A DNA stretch of 64,000 nt from an uncultured Gemmatimonadota bacterium (GTDB lineage Bacteria; GCA-2686955). Positions 9,584-20,681 of this stretch are shown here, one piece after another. The stretch lies in NCBI GenBank assembly GCA_964490075.1, contig CAZBBK010000001.1:124001-188000 (forward strand), read 5' to 3'. A program made the translations under genes and the position numbers. Within the stretch, counting starts at the first letter, position 1; the number at the start of each line of letters is the position of its first letter. The notes beneath the pieces are model-generated. The model was not told the DNA's origin, did not search any database, and was given only the letters and a program-made list of their open reading frames with translations.

Positions 9584-10072
9584 CTACTTGCGGCCGGTTC
9601 CCATGTCGCGCGGGTGGATCCGCCGCAGCACGCCGAGGATCGCCCGCTCTCGCTCTTCGCCCGTCATGGCGGTGAGATCGCCGACCTCGAACTGCGGCAA
9701 GGACTCGTCGGCCAGGATCGGACAGCCGGCACGCGCGGCGAGGGCGATGGCGTCGCTGGCGCGCGAATCGATGGTCAGGAGCTCTTCTTCCTGGCCGCGC
9801 AGCACCAGGCGGGCATGGTAGGTGCGATCCTGGTAGGAAGCGATCAGCACCCGCACCAGCTCCGCGTCGAGAGCCTCGAGAATTCGGATCGAGAGCTCGT
9901 GGGTCAGGGGACGCGGACAGGCCACCTCGCCCAGACAGATCTGCATCGCATGGCCTTCCGAGAAGCCGATCCAGATCGGCATGATGCGCGAACCGCCCTG
10001 CTCCTGCAGCACGACCACGGGGTACTCGCGTCGATCGTCGTGGAAGACCCCCGATATCTCCATTTCGGTCAT
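9584..10072 (-). CDS. Bifunctional nuclease family protein (DUF151)
   Basis: PVVVL..PIWIG..E..I...RPLTHEL...IDSRASDAIALA. Confidence 0.88.
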   Translation of the reverse strand: MTEMEISGVFHDDRREYPVVVLQEQGGSRIMPIWIGFSEGHAMQICLGEVACPRPLTHELSIRILEALDAELVRVLIASYQDRTYHARLVLRGQEEELLTIDSRASDAIALAARAGCPILADESLPQFEVGDLTAMTGEERERAILGVLRRIHPRDMGTGRK

Positions 10073-10189
10073 GAGCGCTTCCTCGCTCCCACCGCACCCG
10101 CGCGCTGGGAAGAAGGTGCCGGGGGGCCTGCGCGCGGCCCTCCCAACACTCTTAGAATAGCGCCTCCGGGCTGAGGGTGCAGCGGGCGA

Positions 10190-10642
10190 TCAGCTCGCGC
10201 TTTCCTTCATCACCCAGAGCTTGATCTCGACGACCACGTCGCGATGCAGGCGGATCGGCACGTTGTAGAAGCCCAGCACCTTGATCGGCTCCTCGAGCAC
10301 GATCTTGCGCCGGTCGACTTTGATTCCCTGCTCGTCCAGCAGGCGCTGCACGTCGGCATTGCTGACCGAGCCGTAGAGACGGTCCTCTTCTCCGACCTTG
10401 ACCGCGATCGTCACCGAGACGTCCTCGAGCTCCTTGGCGAGGACCTCGGCTTCGGCGCGGGCCTTGGTCTCCCGGCGCCCGCGGGTCACATCCTCGTCGG
10501 TGAGGGCGCGCCGATTGCTGGCGCTGTCGCTGATTGCCAGCCCTTTCGGGATCAATGAGTTGCGTGCGAATCCCGGTGCCACGTCGACGACTTCGCCGCG
10601 CTTGCCGAGAGTGGAAACATCTTCGCGAAGGATGACCTTCAT
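10190..10642 (-). CDS. rplI: 50S ribosomal protein L9
   Basis: MKVILREDVSTLGKRGEVVDVAPGFARN...LYGSV...PIKVLG. Confidence 0.97.
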   Translation of the reverse strand: MKVILREDVSTLGKRGEVVDVAPGFARNSLIPKGLAISDSASNRRALTDEDVTRGRRETKARAEAEVLAKELEDVSVTIAVKVGEEDRLYGSVSNADVQRLLDEQGIKVDRRKIVLEEPIKVLGFYNVPIRLHRDVVVEIKLWVMKESAS

Positions 10643-11337
10643 GGTGTCCAGCCTCCTTGGCCCGTCGGCCGCCCGTCCCCTTCGTCGGGAGTGGCTGGTC
10701 GCCGAAAATCGAACCATGTGTCGAATAGCCCAACTGCCGAAACCGGCAGAAACAGTAAGTAGATCGAGGCCAGGATCAGACCTCCGAGCGCGGCCGCCCG
10801 CAACACGAGCGCCGCGCCCCTCTTTTGCAGGGAGAAGTCCATCACCGCCAGCCCCCGAACCCAGTAGACCGCGGTGCAGAAGAAGAGCAGATTCCAGCCG
10901 ACGGTTCCGGCCCGCCCCAGGTCGACGATCACCAGCGAAAGCGCCGCGATCAACACCCAGACCAGACCGTCCCAGGGAGCGAAGCGCGCCAGCGAGGGCC
11001 GAGCCCGTCCCGGCAGAGGCGAGAAGCTGCGGTAGCCGGCGTGGACCGCGGCGGCAACGCCGAGCCAGATCGCCGCGCTGATCCCGACTCCGCCGCGCGC
11101 CAGGCGATGGGCCACGATGCGCCAGGCATCCAGGACCTCGCGCCGCTCCTCGTCTCCCAGGTTGGCGAAGCGACCGGTCTGCTGCTCCGCCCAGCGGATG
11201 TACTCCTCGGAGGTCCGCTGGATCGTCGCATCGTCGAGACCGAGCGCTCCCAACACCACGGCCATCAAGACCGCCAGGAGCACCCAGGCCGATCTGGACG
11301 AGGTCAGCGCCACGCTGAACTGCATGCTCGGTTTCAC
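10639..11337 (-). CDS. DUF2232 (YybS-like) membrane protein
   Basis: Multi-TM; C-terminal GLFDTWFDFR; typical position between rpsR and rplI. Confidence 0.8.
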   Translation of the reverse strand: MKPSMQFSVALTSSRSAWVLLAVLMAVVLGALGLDDATIQRTSEEYIRWAEQQTGRFANLGDEERREVLDAWRIVAHRLARGGVGISAAIWLGVAAAVHAGYRSFSPLPGRARPSLARFAPWDGLVWVLIAALSLVIVDLGRAGTVGWNLLFFCTAVYWVRGLAVMDFSLQKRGAALVLRAAALGGLILASIYLLFLPVSAVGLFDTWFDFRRPATPDEGDGRPTGQGGWTP

Positions 11338-11398
11338 CGCCCGGCTCGCGCCCGCCCGCCCCCGTCGGCGCTCCGCGCGACGGGGTTCGGACGCGGCG

Positions 11399-11626
11399 CT
11401 ACGCCGACATCTCGGAGACGTAAGGGAGCAGTGCGATGTAGCGCGCGCGCTTGATCGCTCTGGTCAACGCTCGATGATGCTTGGCGCTCGTGCCGGTGGT
11501 GCGGCGTGGGATGATCTTGCCGCGTTCGCTCATGAAGCGCTTGAGCAGTTTGGCGTTCTTGTAGTCGATATATTCGATCTGATTGGCGCTGAAGTAGCAT
11601 TCCCGGCGCCTGAGCTCTCTTGCCAT
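11399..11626 (-). CDS. rpsR: 30S ribosomal protein S18
   Basis: [34 protein letters not shown]. Confidence 0.97.
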   Translation of the reverse strand: MARELRRRECYFSANQIEYIDYKNAKLLKRFMSERGKIIPRRTTGTSAKHHRALTRAIKRARYIALLPYVSEMSA

Positions 11627-11634
11627 GGTTCCTC

Positions 11635-12228
11635 CTAGGACGCCTTCTCGGCGGCCGGTGCCGGATCGGCCTGCTCGCTCTCATCGGCGGCTTCTTGTGT
11701 CGGAGCCTCCGGTTCTGCCGGCGGCGCGGCCTCGTTCCGCTCCCTCTCCACCGCAGGCGACTCGGCAGGAGCGGTGTCCGCCGGCTTCGAGGGCTCGGTC
11801 GAAACCGACTCCTCGGCTGCCGCGGCCGCCTCGGCGTCGAGCTCGTCCTGCCGCAGCCGGGCCTGCTCGGCCTTGCGCTCGGCCTCCTCGGCCGCGACCT
11901 CGTAGGCACGATCGGCGGCCTGTGTGCGGGTCACCGCCAGGAAGCGCAGCACCGGCTCGCGCAGCCCGAGCTCCCGCTCCAGGCCGCGAATCGTCTCGCG
12001 GCCGATGGTGAAGCGGAAGACCGAGTAGTAGCCCTCGCTTCTCTTCTTTATGTCGTAGGCGAGACGCCGCCGACCCCAGAGGTCGAGGGTCTCGAGCTCC
12101 CCGCCGTGGTCGGCGAGATAGCCCTTGATCCACTCGACCTCACGGTCGATGGCCTCGTCTTCGAGGGCCGCATCGATGATGGCGACCATTTCATACTTGT
12201 TGGTCAACAACGGGATCTTCTCCTTCAT
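11635..12228 (-). CDS. rpsF: 30S ribosomal protein S6 with long acidic Ala/Glu/Pro tail
   Basis: [26 protein letters not shown]; exact start uncertain. Confidence 0.93.
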   Translation of the reverse strand: MKEKIPLLTNKYEMVAIIDAALEDEAIDREVEWIKGYLADHGGELETLDLWGRRRLAYDIKKRSEGYYSVFRFTIGRETIRGLERELGLREPVLRFLAVTRTQAADRAYEVAAEEAERKAEQARLRQDELDAEAAAAAEESVSTEPSKPADTAPAESPAVERERNEAAPPAEPEAPTQEAADESEQADPAPAAEKAS

Positions 12229-12250
12229 GGAGTCTGCGCATGCCCAGCCA

Positions 12251-14290
<2,040 letters not shown>

Positions 14291-14341
14291 TCGTAGACTC
14301 CTCGTTCGCGAGCCTCTCTCCCGGCCCGCGATCCGTATCCG

Positions 14342-14920
14342 TTATCCGTTGTAACTGTTCATGACCCGGTCCAGCGTGGAGCCGGGAAGTTCCAGAATCA
14401 GGTTTGTCGCCCGCGACAGCATTTCGTCTGCGGCGGTTCGCTCGTTTTCTTCAAATGGGGAAAGGACAAACTCGGCGGCGTCGCCAGTCTTCGGTCCGAT
14501 GCCGAGCCTCAGGCGCGGCACCGCGGCGCTGCCCAGTGCATTCAACACCGACAGGAGGCCTTTCTGACCCCCCGCCCCACCACGCTTGCGAATCCGCAGC
14601 GTGCCGAGGGGCAGATCGATGTCGTCACAGACAATCAGAATCCTCTCGAGCTCGTGGCCCCGGGCGGCCACCAGCGGCGCCACCGCGGCGCCACTCAGGT
14701 TCATGAAGGTGAGGGGCTTTTGCAGCAGCAGCCGCTCGCCCCGGCAGTGGGCGCTCGCCTCCAACCAGGGGCCGTTCCCCGATCGCCACGGCGCCTCGAG
14801 CGCCGCCGCGACCGAGTCGACGACCCGGAAGCCCTGGTTGTGGCGGGTGCGCTGGTAGTCGGGGCCGGGATTGCCCAGGCCGACGATCAGCGTGGGCGGC
14901 CCGCCTGGCGCCCGCGTCAC
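14342..14920 (-). CDS. pth: Peptidyl-tRNA hydrolase
   Basis: LIVGLGNPG..Y..TRHN.GF, KPLTFMNLSG, DDIDLP.G..R, RLRLGIG. Confidence 0.96.
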   Translation of the reverse strand: MTRAPGGPPTLIVGLGNPGPDYQRTRHNQGFRVVDSVAAALEAPWRSGNGPWLEASAHCRGERLLLQKPLTFMNLSGAAVAPLVAARGHELERILIVCDDIDLPLGTLRIRKRGGAGGQKGLLSVLNALGSAAVPRLRLGIGPKTGDAAEFVLSPFEENERTAADEMLSRATNLILELPGSTLDRVMNSYNG

Positions 14921-15570
14921 TCCTCACCGGTCTCCTCGCCAGCCTCGGCCTCGGTGCCCTCTGCGGCCTCGCCCTCCTCAGCGCCCTCTTCGCCCTCCTC
15001 TTCCTCGAGGTGCACGCGCGGCGGATGCACCGACGCCACCGGACGGCTGAGATCGATGAGAGCCTCCAGACCTCCGGTATCGAGATCCGAGAAATGAAGC
15101 GCGTGGCCAATCAAGAGCTCGGAGATGTCGACGCGGATCGAGGTCGGAACCTCGGTCGGGGCGCAGTGCAGCTCGACGACGTTTGCGTACTTCTGCAGCA
15201 CGCCCCCGTCCAGGCGGACACCCGCCGGGGTACCGACGAACTCCAGCGGCACCTTGCACACCATCTTCTGGCTCTCGTCGATGCGGATCAGGTCGACGTG
15301 CACGTAGCTACCGGTCAGTGGGTCGCGCGATATCTGGCGCACCACCACGTCGCAGCATCCGGAGCCCTCGATGTCGAGGTCGAACACGGTGTTGCTGCCG
15401 AGCTCGGTGTGGAGCCCGGCGTGGAGATCGCGCGCGTCCACCGAGACCGCGACCGACTCCTCGTCGCCGCCGTAGACCACGGCCGGCACTCGTCCCAGGC
15501 GCCGCAGTCGCTTCGCCGCCTGCTTCTTTCTCTCCGGCCGCTGCTGCGCGGCCAGGCTGAACTTCTGCAT
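14917..15570 (-). CDS. rplY: 50S ribosomal protein L25/general stress protein Ctc
   Basis: LRR.G.VPAVVYG, HVDL, PAGV..GGVL, acidic tail; true ATG at 15570 inside the longer listed ORF. Confidence 0.95.
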   Translation of the reverse strand: MQKFSLAAQQRPERKKQAAKRLRRLGRVPAVVYGGDEESVAVSVDARDLHAGLHTELGSNTVFDLDIEGSGCCDVVVRQISRDPLTGSYVHVDLIRIDESQKMVCKVPLEFVGTPAGVRLDGGVLQKYANVVELHCAPTEVPTSIRVDISELLIGHALHFSDLDTGGLEALIDLSRPVASVHPPRVHLEEEEGEEGAEEGEAAEGTEAEAGEETGEE

Positions 15571-15614
15571 GGGTCTAAAGATCCCTCGGTTGGAGGTGCG
15601 CCCTAAGAGCGCTC

Positions 15615-16550
15615 TCAGCGGAACAGAATCGATATCGATTCGGCCTTGTGAATGCGGCTGATCGCGTCGGCAATGAGCGGCGCGACCGTCAAGTTCTTGA
15701 TGCGATCGCCGTCCACCGTGTGCAGGATGGTGTCGGTGATCAGCGTGCAGCGGATGTGGGACTCGCGCAGCCGATCCTCGCCATCGTCGCTGAGCACCGC
15801 GTGGGTGCAGGTGGCGTAGACCTCGCGGGCGCCGCCCCCCAGCAGCGCGTCGGCCCCTTTGACGGTGGTGCTGGCGGTGTCGATCATGTCGTCGACGATG
15901 ATGCAGGTGCGGTCCCGCACGTCGCCGATGATGTTCATGACCTCGATGTCGTTCGGCTTGGGGCGCCTCTTGTCGATGATCGCCATCTCGACCGACTCGC
16001 CGAGCTTTTGGGCGAACCAGCGCGCCATCTTGACACCACCGAGATCGGGAGAGACCACCATCGGGTTGTCGATGCGCATGCCCAGCAGGTGCTTGGCGAT
16101 GATCGGTCCGGCATAGAGGTGGTCGACGGGGATGTCGAAGAAACCCTGAATCTGGTCGGCGTGCAGATCCATGGTCAGCACTCGGCTGGCGCCCGCGGCG
16201 ACGATCAAATTGGCGATCAGCTTGGCGGTCAACGCCACCCGCGGCTGGTCCTTGCGGTCCTGCCGGGCATAGCCGAAGTAGGGGATCACCGCGGTGATGC
16301 GATCGGCCGAGGCGCGCCGCGCGGCATCGATCATCAAGAGGAGCTCGATCAGATTGCCGTCCGGCTGGTTGGTGGACTGAACGATGAACACGTCGGCGCC
16401 GCGGATGTTCTCGTTGATCCGCACGAAGCCCTCGCCGTCGCTGAAGCGGCGATGCTCCACGTTGCCCAAGGGGATCCCAAGATGCGCGCACACCGCTTCA
16501 GCCAGCGGTCGATTCGCTGTCCCCGACAGAACCTGCAGTTGCTTCGGCAT
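15615..16550 (-). CDS. prs: Ribose-phosphate pyrophosphokinase
   Basis: FSDGE, PYFGYARQDRK, DLHADQIQGFFD, VVSPDLGG, IVDDMIDT. Confidence 0.97.
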   Translation of the reverse strand: MPKQLQVLSGTANRPLAEAVCAHLGIPLGNVEHRRFSDGEGFVRINENIRGADVFIVQSTNQPDGNLIELLLMIDAARRASADRITAVIPYFGYARQDRKDQPRVALTAKLIANLIVAAGASRVLTMDLHADQIQGFFDIPVDHLYAGPIIAKHLLGMRIDNPMVVSPDLGGVKMARWFAQKLGESVEMAIIDKRRPKPNDIEVMNIIGDVRDRTCIIVDDMIDTASTTVKGADALLGGGAREVYATCTHAVLSDDGEDRLRESHIRCTLITDTILHTVDGDRIKNLTVAPLIADAISRIHKAESISILFR

Positions 16551-16561
16551 CGATCCAACCC

Positions 16562-16596
16562 AAAAAAGAAAAAGCCCACCGAGACCGGATGTCTCG
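16562..16596 (-). terminator. Terminator-like hairpin plus U-tract in the prs leader
   Basis: CGAGAC-atccg-GTCTCG followed after 6 nt by TTTTTCTTTTTT, ending 11 nt before the prs ATG; spacing is non-canonical. Confidence 0.4.
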
Positions 16597-16623
16597 AGTC
16601 GCCAGGGAGGGGGAACAGGACCG

Positions 16624-16690
16624 CCGGGGCTCGGCGATTCGATCTCGGACACCGCCCTCGGCGGCGCCCCCTACACTCGGCAGCCCTCGG
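16624..16690 (-). pseudogene. Degenerate tRNA-like element (possible tRNA-Gln relic)
   Basis: CCGAGGGCT / GCC..GGC / CCGCC-gag-GGCGG / CCGAGATCGAATCGCCG / AGCCCCGG; collapsed anticodon loop, no CCA. Confidence 0.35.
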
Positions 16691-16782
16691 GGGAGAGGGC
16701 ATCGCTATGGATAGATTTGGGCACGTCTCGTGCGGCCCGATGCACCCGGGAGCGCGCCTGGGCGGATGCGAGCCAAGCGGGG

Positions 16783-16811
16783 AGTATGGCGGGTCTTGGG
16801 GTGCTTGTCAA
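16783..16811 (-). promoter_or_regulatory. Sigma70-type promoter for the prs-rplY-pth-hppA-rpsF operon
   Basis: TTGACA (16811-16806), 17-nt spacer, CATACT (16788-16783). Confidence 0.75.
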
Positions 16812-16906
16812 AGGGAGATTCGCCGCCGTTCACCAGAGTCGGGGCGACCACGCGCATCGAAGGCGCGCTTCCAACGGACGCGCAGATCGATTGGTGTCCG
16901 GGGGCT

Positions 16907-19453
16907 TCAATCCACCCGCCGCGGAAGATCCCGCGGCTCACCATCCGGCAACAGCTCCCATATCTCCTCTGCGTCGGCGTCGACGGCCGCCGGTTCCAGC
17001 AGCACCGGGCGGTACTCACCCTCGAAGTACATCTCGGCCTGGTCGACATAGTGCTTCGATCCGACGATGCCGGAGTTGCCGCCCGGCAGCACCATCCAGG
17101 CGCGGATGCCGCGCGGATCCATGTCGGCCACCAGTCGGAAGCCCGACTCCATGGGACTGACGGTGAACTCGCCGGCGTCGATCGGCCGCGCCGCCTCGGA
17201 AGCGGGTGGGTAGTCGTAGTCACCGCCCAACTCGTGGTAAAGACGCTTGGTGTGGATCTCGCCCCAGTTCCAGAGCGTCATCTCCTCGGTGCCGAAACGA
17301 CCGGAGAGGAAGTCGAGGGCGGAAACGAGCGCCTCCAGCAACACTTCTTCTTTGGACTCCACCCGATCAGCGGTTCGCTGGTCGTCCCAGAGAGCGTCGC
17401 CGGTGCGCGTTTGCTCCGGATGCTCCAGCAGATTCAAAATGCCGTTGACGATGATGACGTCGATGAAGAACTCCGGCTCGATCTCATCGTCGAGCAAGCC
17501 GTGCGACATATCCAGCCACCAGTGGTGGAAGATCGACTGCTGGTACGATTCGCGGATCGCCCGTCGATCCCAGCTCTCGAGGGCGGCGATGGCCTGGGCG
17601 CCGCGGTCGCTCACCAGGTCGGGGCGGGCGGCGGCGGCGGCCGAGAGATGGGGCAGGAGGCGCGCGGCCAGCTCGACGGTGACGTCGGTCTGGGTCGCCA
17701 TCATGTCGTCGATGCTTAGCGGAGTGCGCTCGATCAGCTCCTGGTGGATGCGCCGCTGGCGGAATCCGGGGTCGTGCCCAAACGAGTAGTAGACCGGATC
17801 GTTGGTGGTGCGATTGTCGAAGGCGTAGCCGGCCGGATCGTTGTTCGAGGTGGAGACAAACCCGCGCTGAGGCGAGATCGAGCTCAGGTAATCGTCGCGA
17901 CCGAGCCGCCCGCGCCATTCCCAGAGCCCGCCGCCCAGACGCGGCCAGTAGGGCTGGAAGAGGTCCTTGAAAGCGCGCACCGGAAAGGTGCCGGTGACGG
18001 TGTAACCGATGTCGCCGTAGACGTCGGCCACCACCATGTTGGCACCGAACACGTCGATCGACTGGCTGGCCTCCAACGCCTCGGCGACGCTGGTCGCGCG
18101 CATGCGGCGCAGCAAGGGCTCGACGAATGTAGACTCCTCGAAGCCAACCCAGCGGTAGCTGAGCGCCCGGCGACCGAAGAGCGCGGTGCCGAGGATCGGG
18201 CCGTGGTGCGGCACGAATCGTGTCGTTGGATCTACGATCAGGTCGGTGCGATCGACCAGCTCGCCGTCGACATTGGCGTAGTAGGTTTCGTTGCGCGTTT
18301 CGATGTCGACGAAGCGGCCCATGAAGAACACTTTGTTCGGGAAGGGAAGCCGTTCCCAGAACAGATCGGAGCCGTCGACGGGCAGCACGGTGTAGGCCCA
18401 CGCGGCGCGGCGGTTGAAACCGTTGGCGACCACCGGGCCGCCTGGAATGGTGACGCCATAGGATTCGATTCCGGCCTCGGGCGAGTCGAGATGCATCTCG
18501 TAGTAGATCGAGGGCAGCGGGGTGCCGACATGGTTGTCGGAGGCGAACACGGCGCGCCCGGAGGCCGACCGGTCGGCGGCCACGGTCCAGGCGTTCGAGC
18601 CGCCGGTCAAGAGCCACGGATTCTCGGCGACGATCCGATTCCATAGCTCGAGTGCGGCTTCGACCGCCTCTTGCAGTCCCTCGAAGAGGTCGCCGGCGGT
18701 GCCGGGAGAGCCGCCGGGCGGGATCAGACTGTCGTCGCCCGGCAGCGGGCCCTCGGGGCGCAGGTGGTCGGGGTACTCGCCCGGGTAAAGCGCCGGGACG
18801 GTGTCGGCGGGCGCGAAGCGGAACACGTCGGTGCGGACATCGGCGGGCACGGTGAGAGAGGCGATGGTCATGCCCAGGTCGACGTCGATCGCCTGCGTCA
18901 GAACGAAAACGAAGCCGCCCAGCGAGGCAATGGTGTCGTGGGGATCCCAGGGGAGAATCGACGCCAGATGGAGGCCGAGATCGGCATATTCGGGCGGGAT
19001 CGGCAGGCCCGGATGGCCGTCGATGACCGCGGCGCGCCAGGCGTTGACGCCTTCGGTGTAGGCCGCGAGCACGGCGCGATCCTCAGGCGCGAGCCCCTCC
19101 CACATCAGGTCGGCGCCCCATCCGAGGCCCAGCTTGCGCATGTCGTGATCGGCGCTCACCGCGCCCGGGCCGAGAAGCTCCGCCTTGGTGCCCTTGATGG
19201 TGCGCCGGGTCACGTCCATCTGGAAGAAGCGATCGCGCGCCTGCGCGAAGCCCAGGGCCACCCAGACGTCACGTTCGGTCCGGGCCCGCAAGTGGGGAAT
19301 CCCCCAGGAGTCGTAGACGATCTCGACCGGCTCCTCAAGGCCCGGAATGCTCAGGTCATGGCGGGGCGGTGGGACGCGGTCGAGGGCGCCGGCGGCAGGG
19401 GCGAAGGCGAAGGCCAGCAGGAGCGCGATGTGCAGGAAGGGAACGCGGAGCAT
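16907..19453 (-). CDS. Penicillin acylase family (Ntn hydrolase, S45) secreted amidase
   Basis: Signal peptide, YDSWGIPH..A, AQARDRFFQMD, GSNAW (beta-chain N-terminal Ser), PGGNSG..S.HY.DQ. Confidence 0.92.
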   Translation of the reverse strand: MLRVPFLHIALLLAFAFAPAAGALDRVPPPRHDLSIPGLEEPVEIVYDSWGIPHLRARTERDVWVALGFAQARDRFFQMDVTRRTIKGTKAELLGPGAVSADHDMRKLGLGWGADLMWEGLAPEDRAVLAAYTEGVNAWRAAVIDGHPGLPIPPEYADLGLHLASILPWDPHDTIASLGGFVFVLTQAIDVDLGMTIASLTVPADVRTDVFRFAPADTVPALYPGEYPDHLRPEGPLPGDDSLIPPGGSPGTAGDLFEGLQEAVEAALELWNRIVAENPWLLTGGSNAWTVAADRSASGRAVFASDNHVGTPLPSIYYEMHLDSPEAGIESYGVTIPGGPVVANGFNRRAAWAYTVLPVDGSDLFWERLPFPNKVFFMGRFVDIETRNETYYANVDGELVDRTDLIVDPTTRFVPHHGPILGTALFGRRALSYRWVGFEESTFVEPLLRRMRATSVAEALEASQSIDVFGANMVVADVYGDIGYTVTGTFPVRAFKDLFQPYWPRLGGGLWEWRGRLGRDDYLSSISPQRGFVSTSNNDPAGYAFDNRTTNDPVYYSFGHDPGFRQRRIHQELIERTPLSIDDMMATQTDVTVELAARLLPHLSAAAAARPDLVSDRGAQAIAALESWDRRAIRESYQQSIFHHWWLDMSHGLLDDEIEPEFFIDVIIVNGILNLLEHPEQTRTGDALWDDQRTADRVESKEEVLLEALVSALDFLSGRFGTEEMTLWNWGEIHTKRLYHELGGDYDYPPASEAARPIDAGEFTVSPMESGFRLVADMDPRGIRAWMVLPGGNSGIVGSKHYVDQAEMYFEGEYRPVLLEPAAVDADAEEIWELLPDGEPRDLPRRVD

Positions 19454-19716
19454 GGCGGAGTCCTGGTCGAAGGGGCGGGGACAGGCTGGGCTCGTCTTCA
19501 ACCCTACGTTCGCTTTTAGGGTTGTGCAATCCCTGGGGTTTCCCACGGTGTTTCGACTTGGCCCAGGATCCGCTCATAAACGACTTCCCATCTTGGCGCC
19601 CAGATGTGGCGCAGTTCTGGTCGATCGGTGCGTTCCGAAACCGGAGGAGCAGCGGCGCAGCTTCGAGGACTTCGGGGCTCGCCAATCGACCGGAGATGGG
19701 TCGAGGAACAATCGAA

Positions 19717-20433
19717 ATGCACGAATCCGATCACTACCAGATCTCTCTGATGCCGCAGTCCTCGGTCGACCATCCGCATTCGAGAGAGTTGGAGCAGATA
19801 GGTCAGGTTCTAGATGCCAACCCAAAGCTGGTCAATCTCGCTGCCAGCGATCTGGCCCGGCGGCTTCGGCGTCCAGAGCGCGGTGCTCGAGGACTGTCCC
19901 CCTCTCTTGCACAAGGGCATAGCTGCTGAAGCAGTTCCACGGACTGAGCTACGGTGAGCTGGCATTCGAGCTGGCGGGCCCTATTTCGTCTCGGCTGTTC
20001 TGCGGACTCGAAGAGGGGCATCAACCAGGGCGTTGAGGACCTCGACCCAGTGCGGTTCGACGCCGCAGTCGTTGACGCAGCAATTCTGCACCCGACTGAC
20101 TCCGGTCTGTCGTGGGATAGCGTTCGCGTCCTGGCGCGCGGCATGGTTCTACTCAAGAAACTCGCGCCCGCGATGCCGCTACACTTCTCCGACCATCGCC
20201 GCCCAGCCAAGCGACGCCATCTGAAGATCCAGAATGCCAACAGTGCTCAGGGGCGCAGGGCACCCCGTCGCGACCTACTGAAGGTCGGCCGCAAGACCGT
20301 CGGCTATGCCGGGGCAGCAGTCAAGGCGCTGCGCGACGCGAGCCCGGCTGAGTTCACCGATCTTCAGCGATGGGCGAAAGCGAAGGGAATCGCCGAGGAG
20401 CTGACGCAGTTCTCTGAACTTGGTCGCCGATAG
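19717..20433 (+). mobile_element. ISNCY-family transposase remnant (frameshifted, internally deleted, truncated)
   Basis: Fragments in different frames: HPHSRELEQIGQVLDANP..DL..RGARG; LLKQFHGLSYGELAFEL; RFDAAVV..I.HPTDSGL.WDSVRVL; DHRRPAKRR..I.NA..RDLLKV. Confidence 0.75.
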
Positions 20434-20681
20434 GCATGGATCGCGACAGCGCGGACGTGGGTGCGATGCGACATGCGCAACAGTGTAGCGCATTGGCAGG
20501 TAGCTACATCAGTAATGCTCTGCGCGCCGCGGACCCACTGCGGCGATGATTCCGCTGGCGCTGGCGTGACGCCTGGACTACCGTCTGGATCACGGGTTCG
20601 GTGTCGTCTCTTCGCGACGCTCGCCCCGGAGCTTCCAGCGGCCATGGAAGACCAGGGTGAGCAGAAAGGCAAGGTTGGATC

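Noticed and set aside
16551-16782. Known riboswitch (PRPP/ykkC, glmS, c-di-AMP, fluoride) in the prs leader
   Set aside because: Conserved cores were not recognisable by eye; kept only as an unassigned structured leader.
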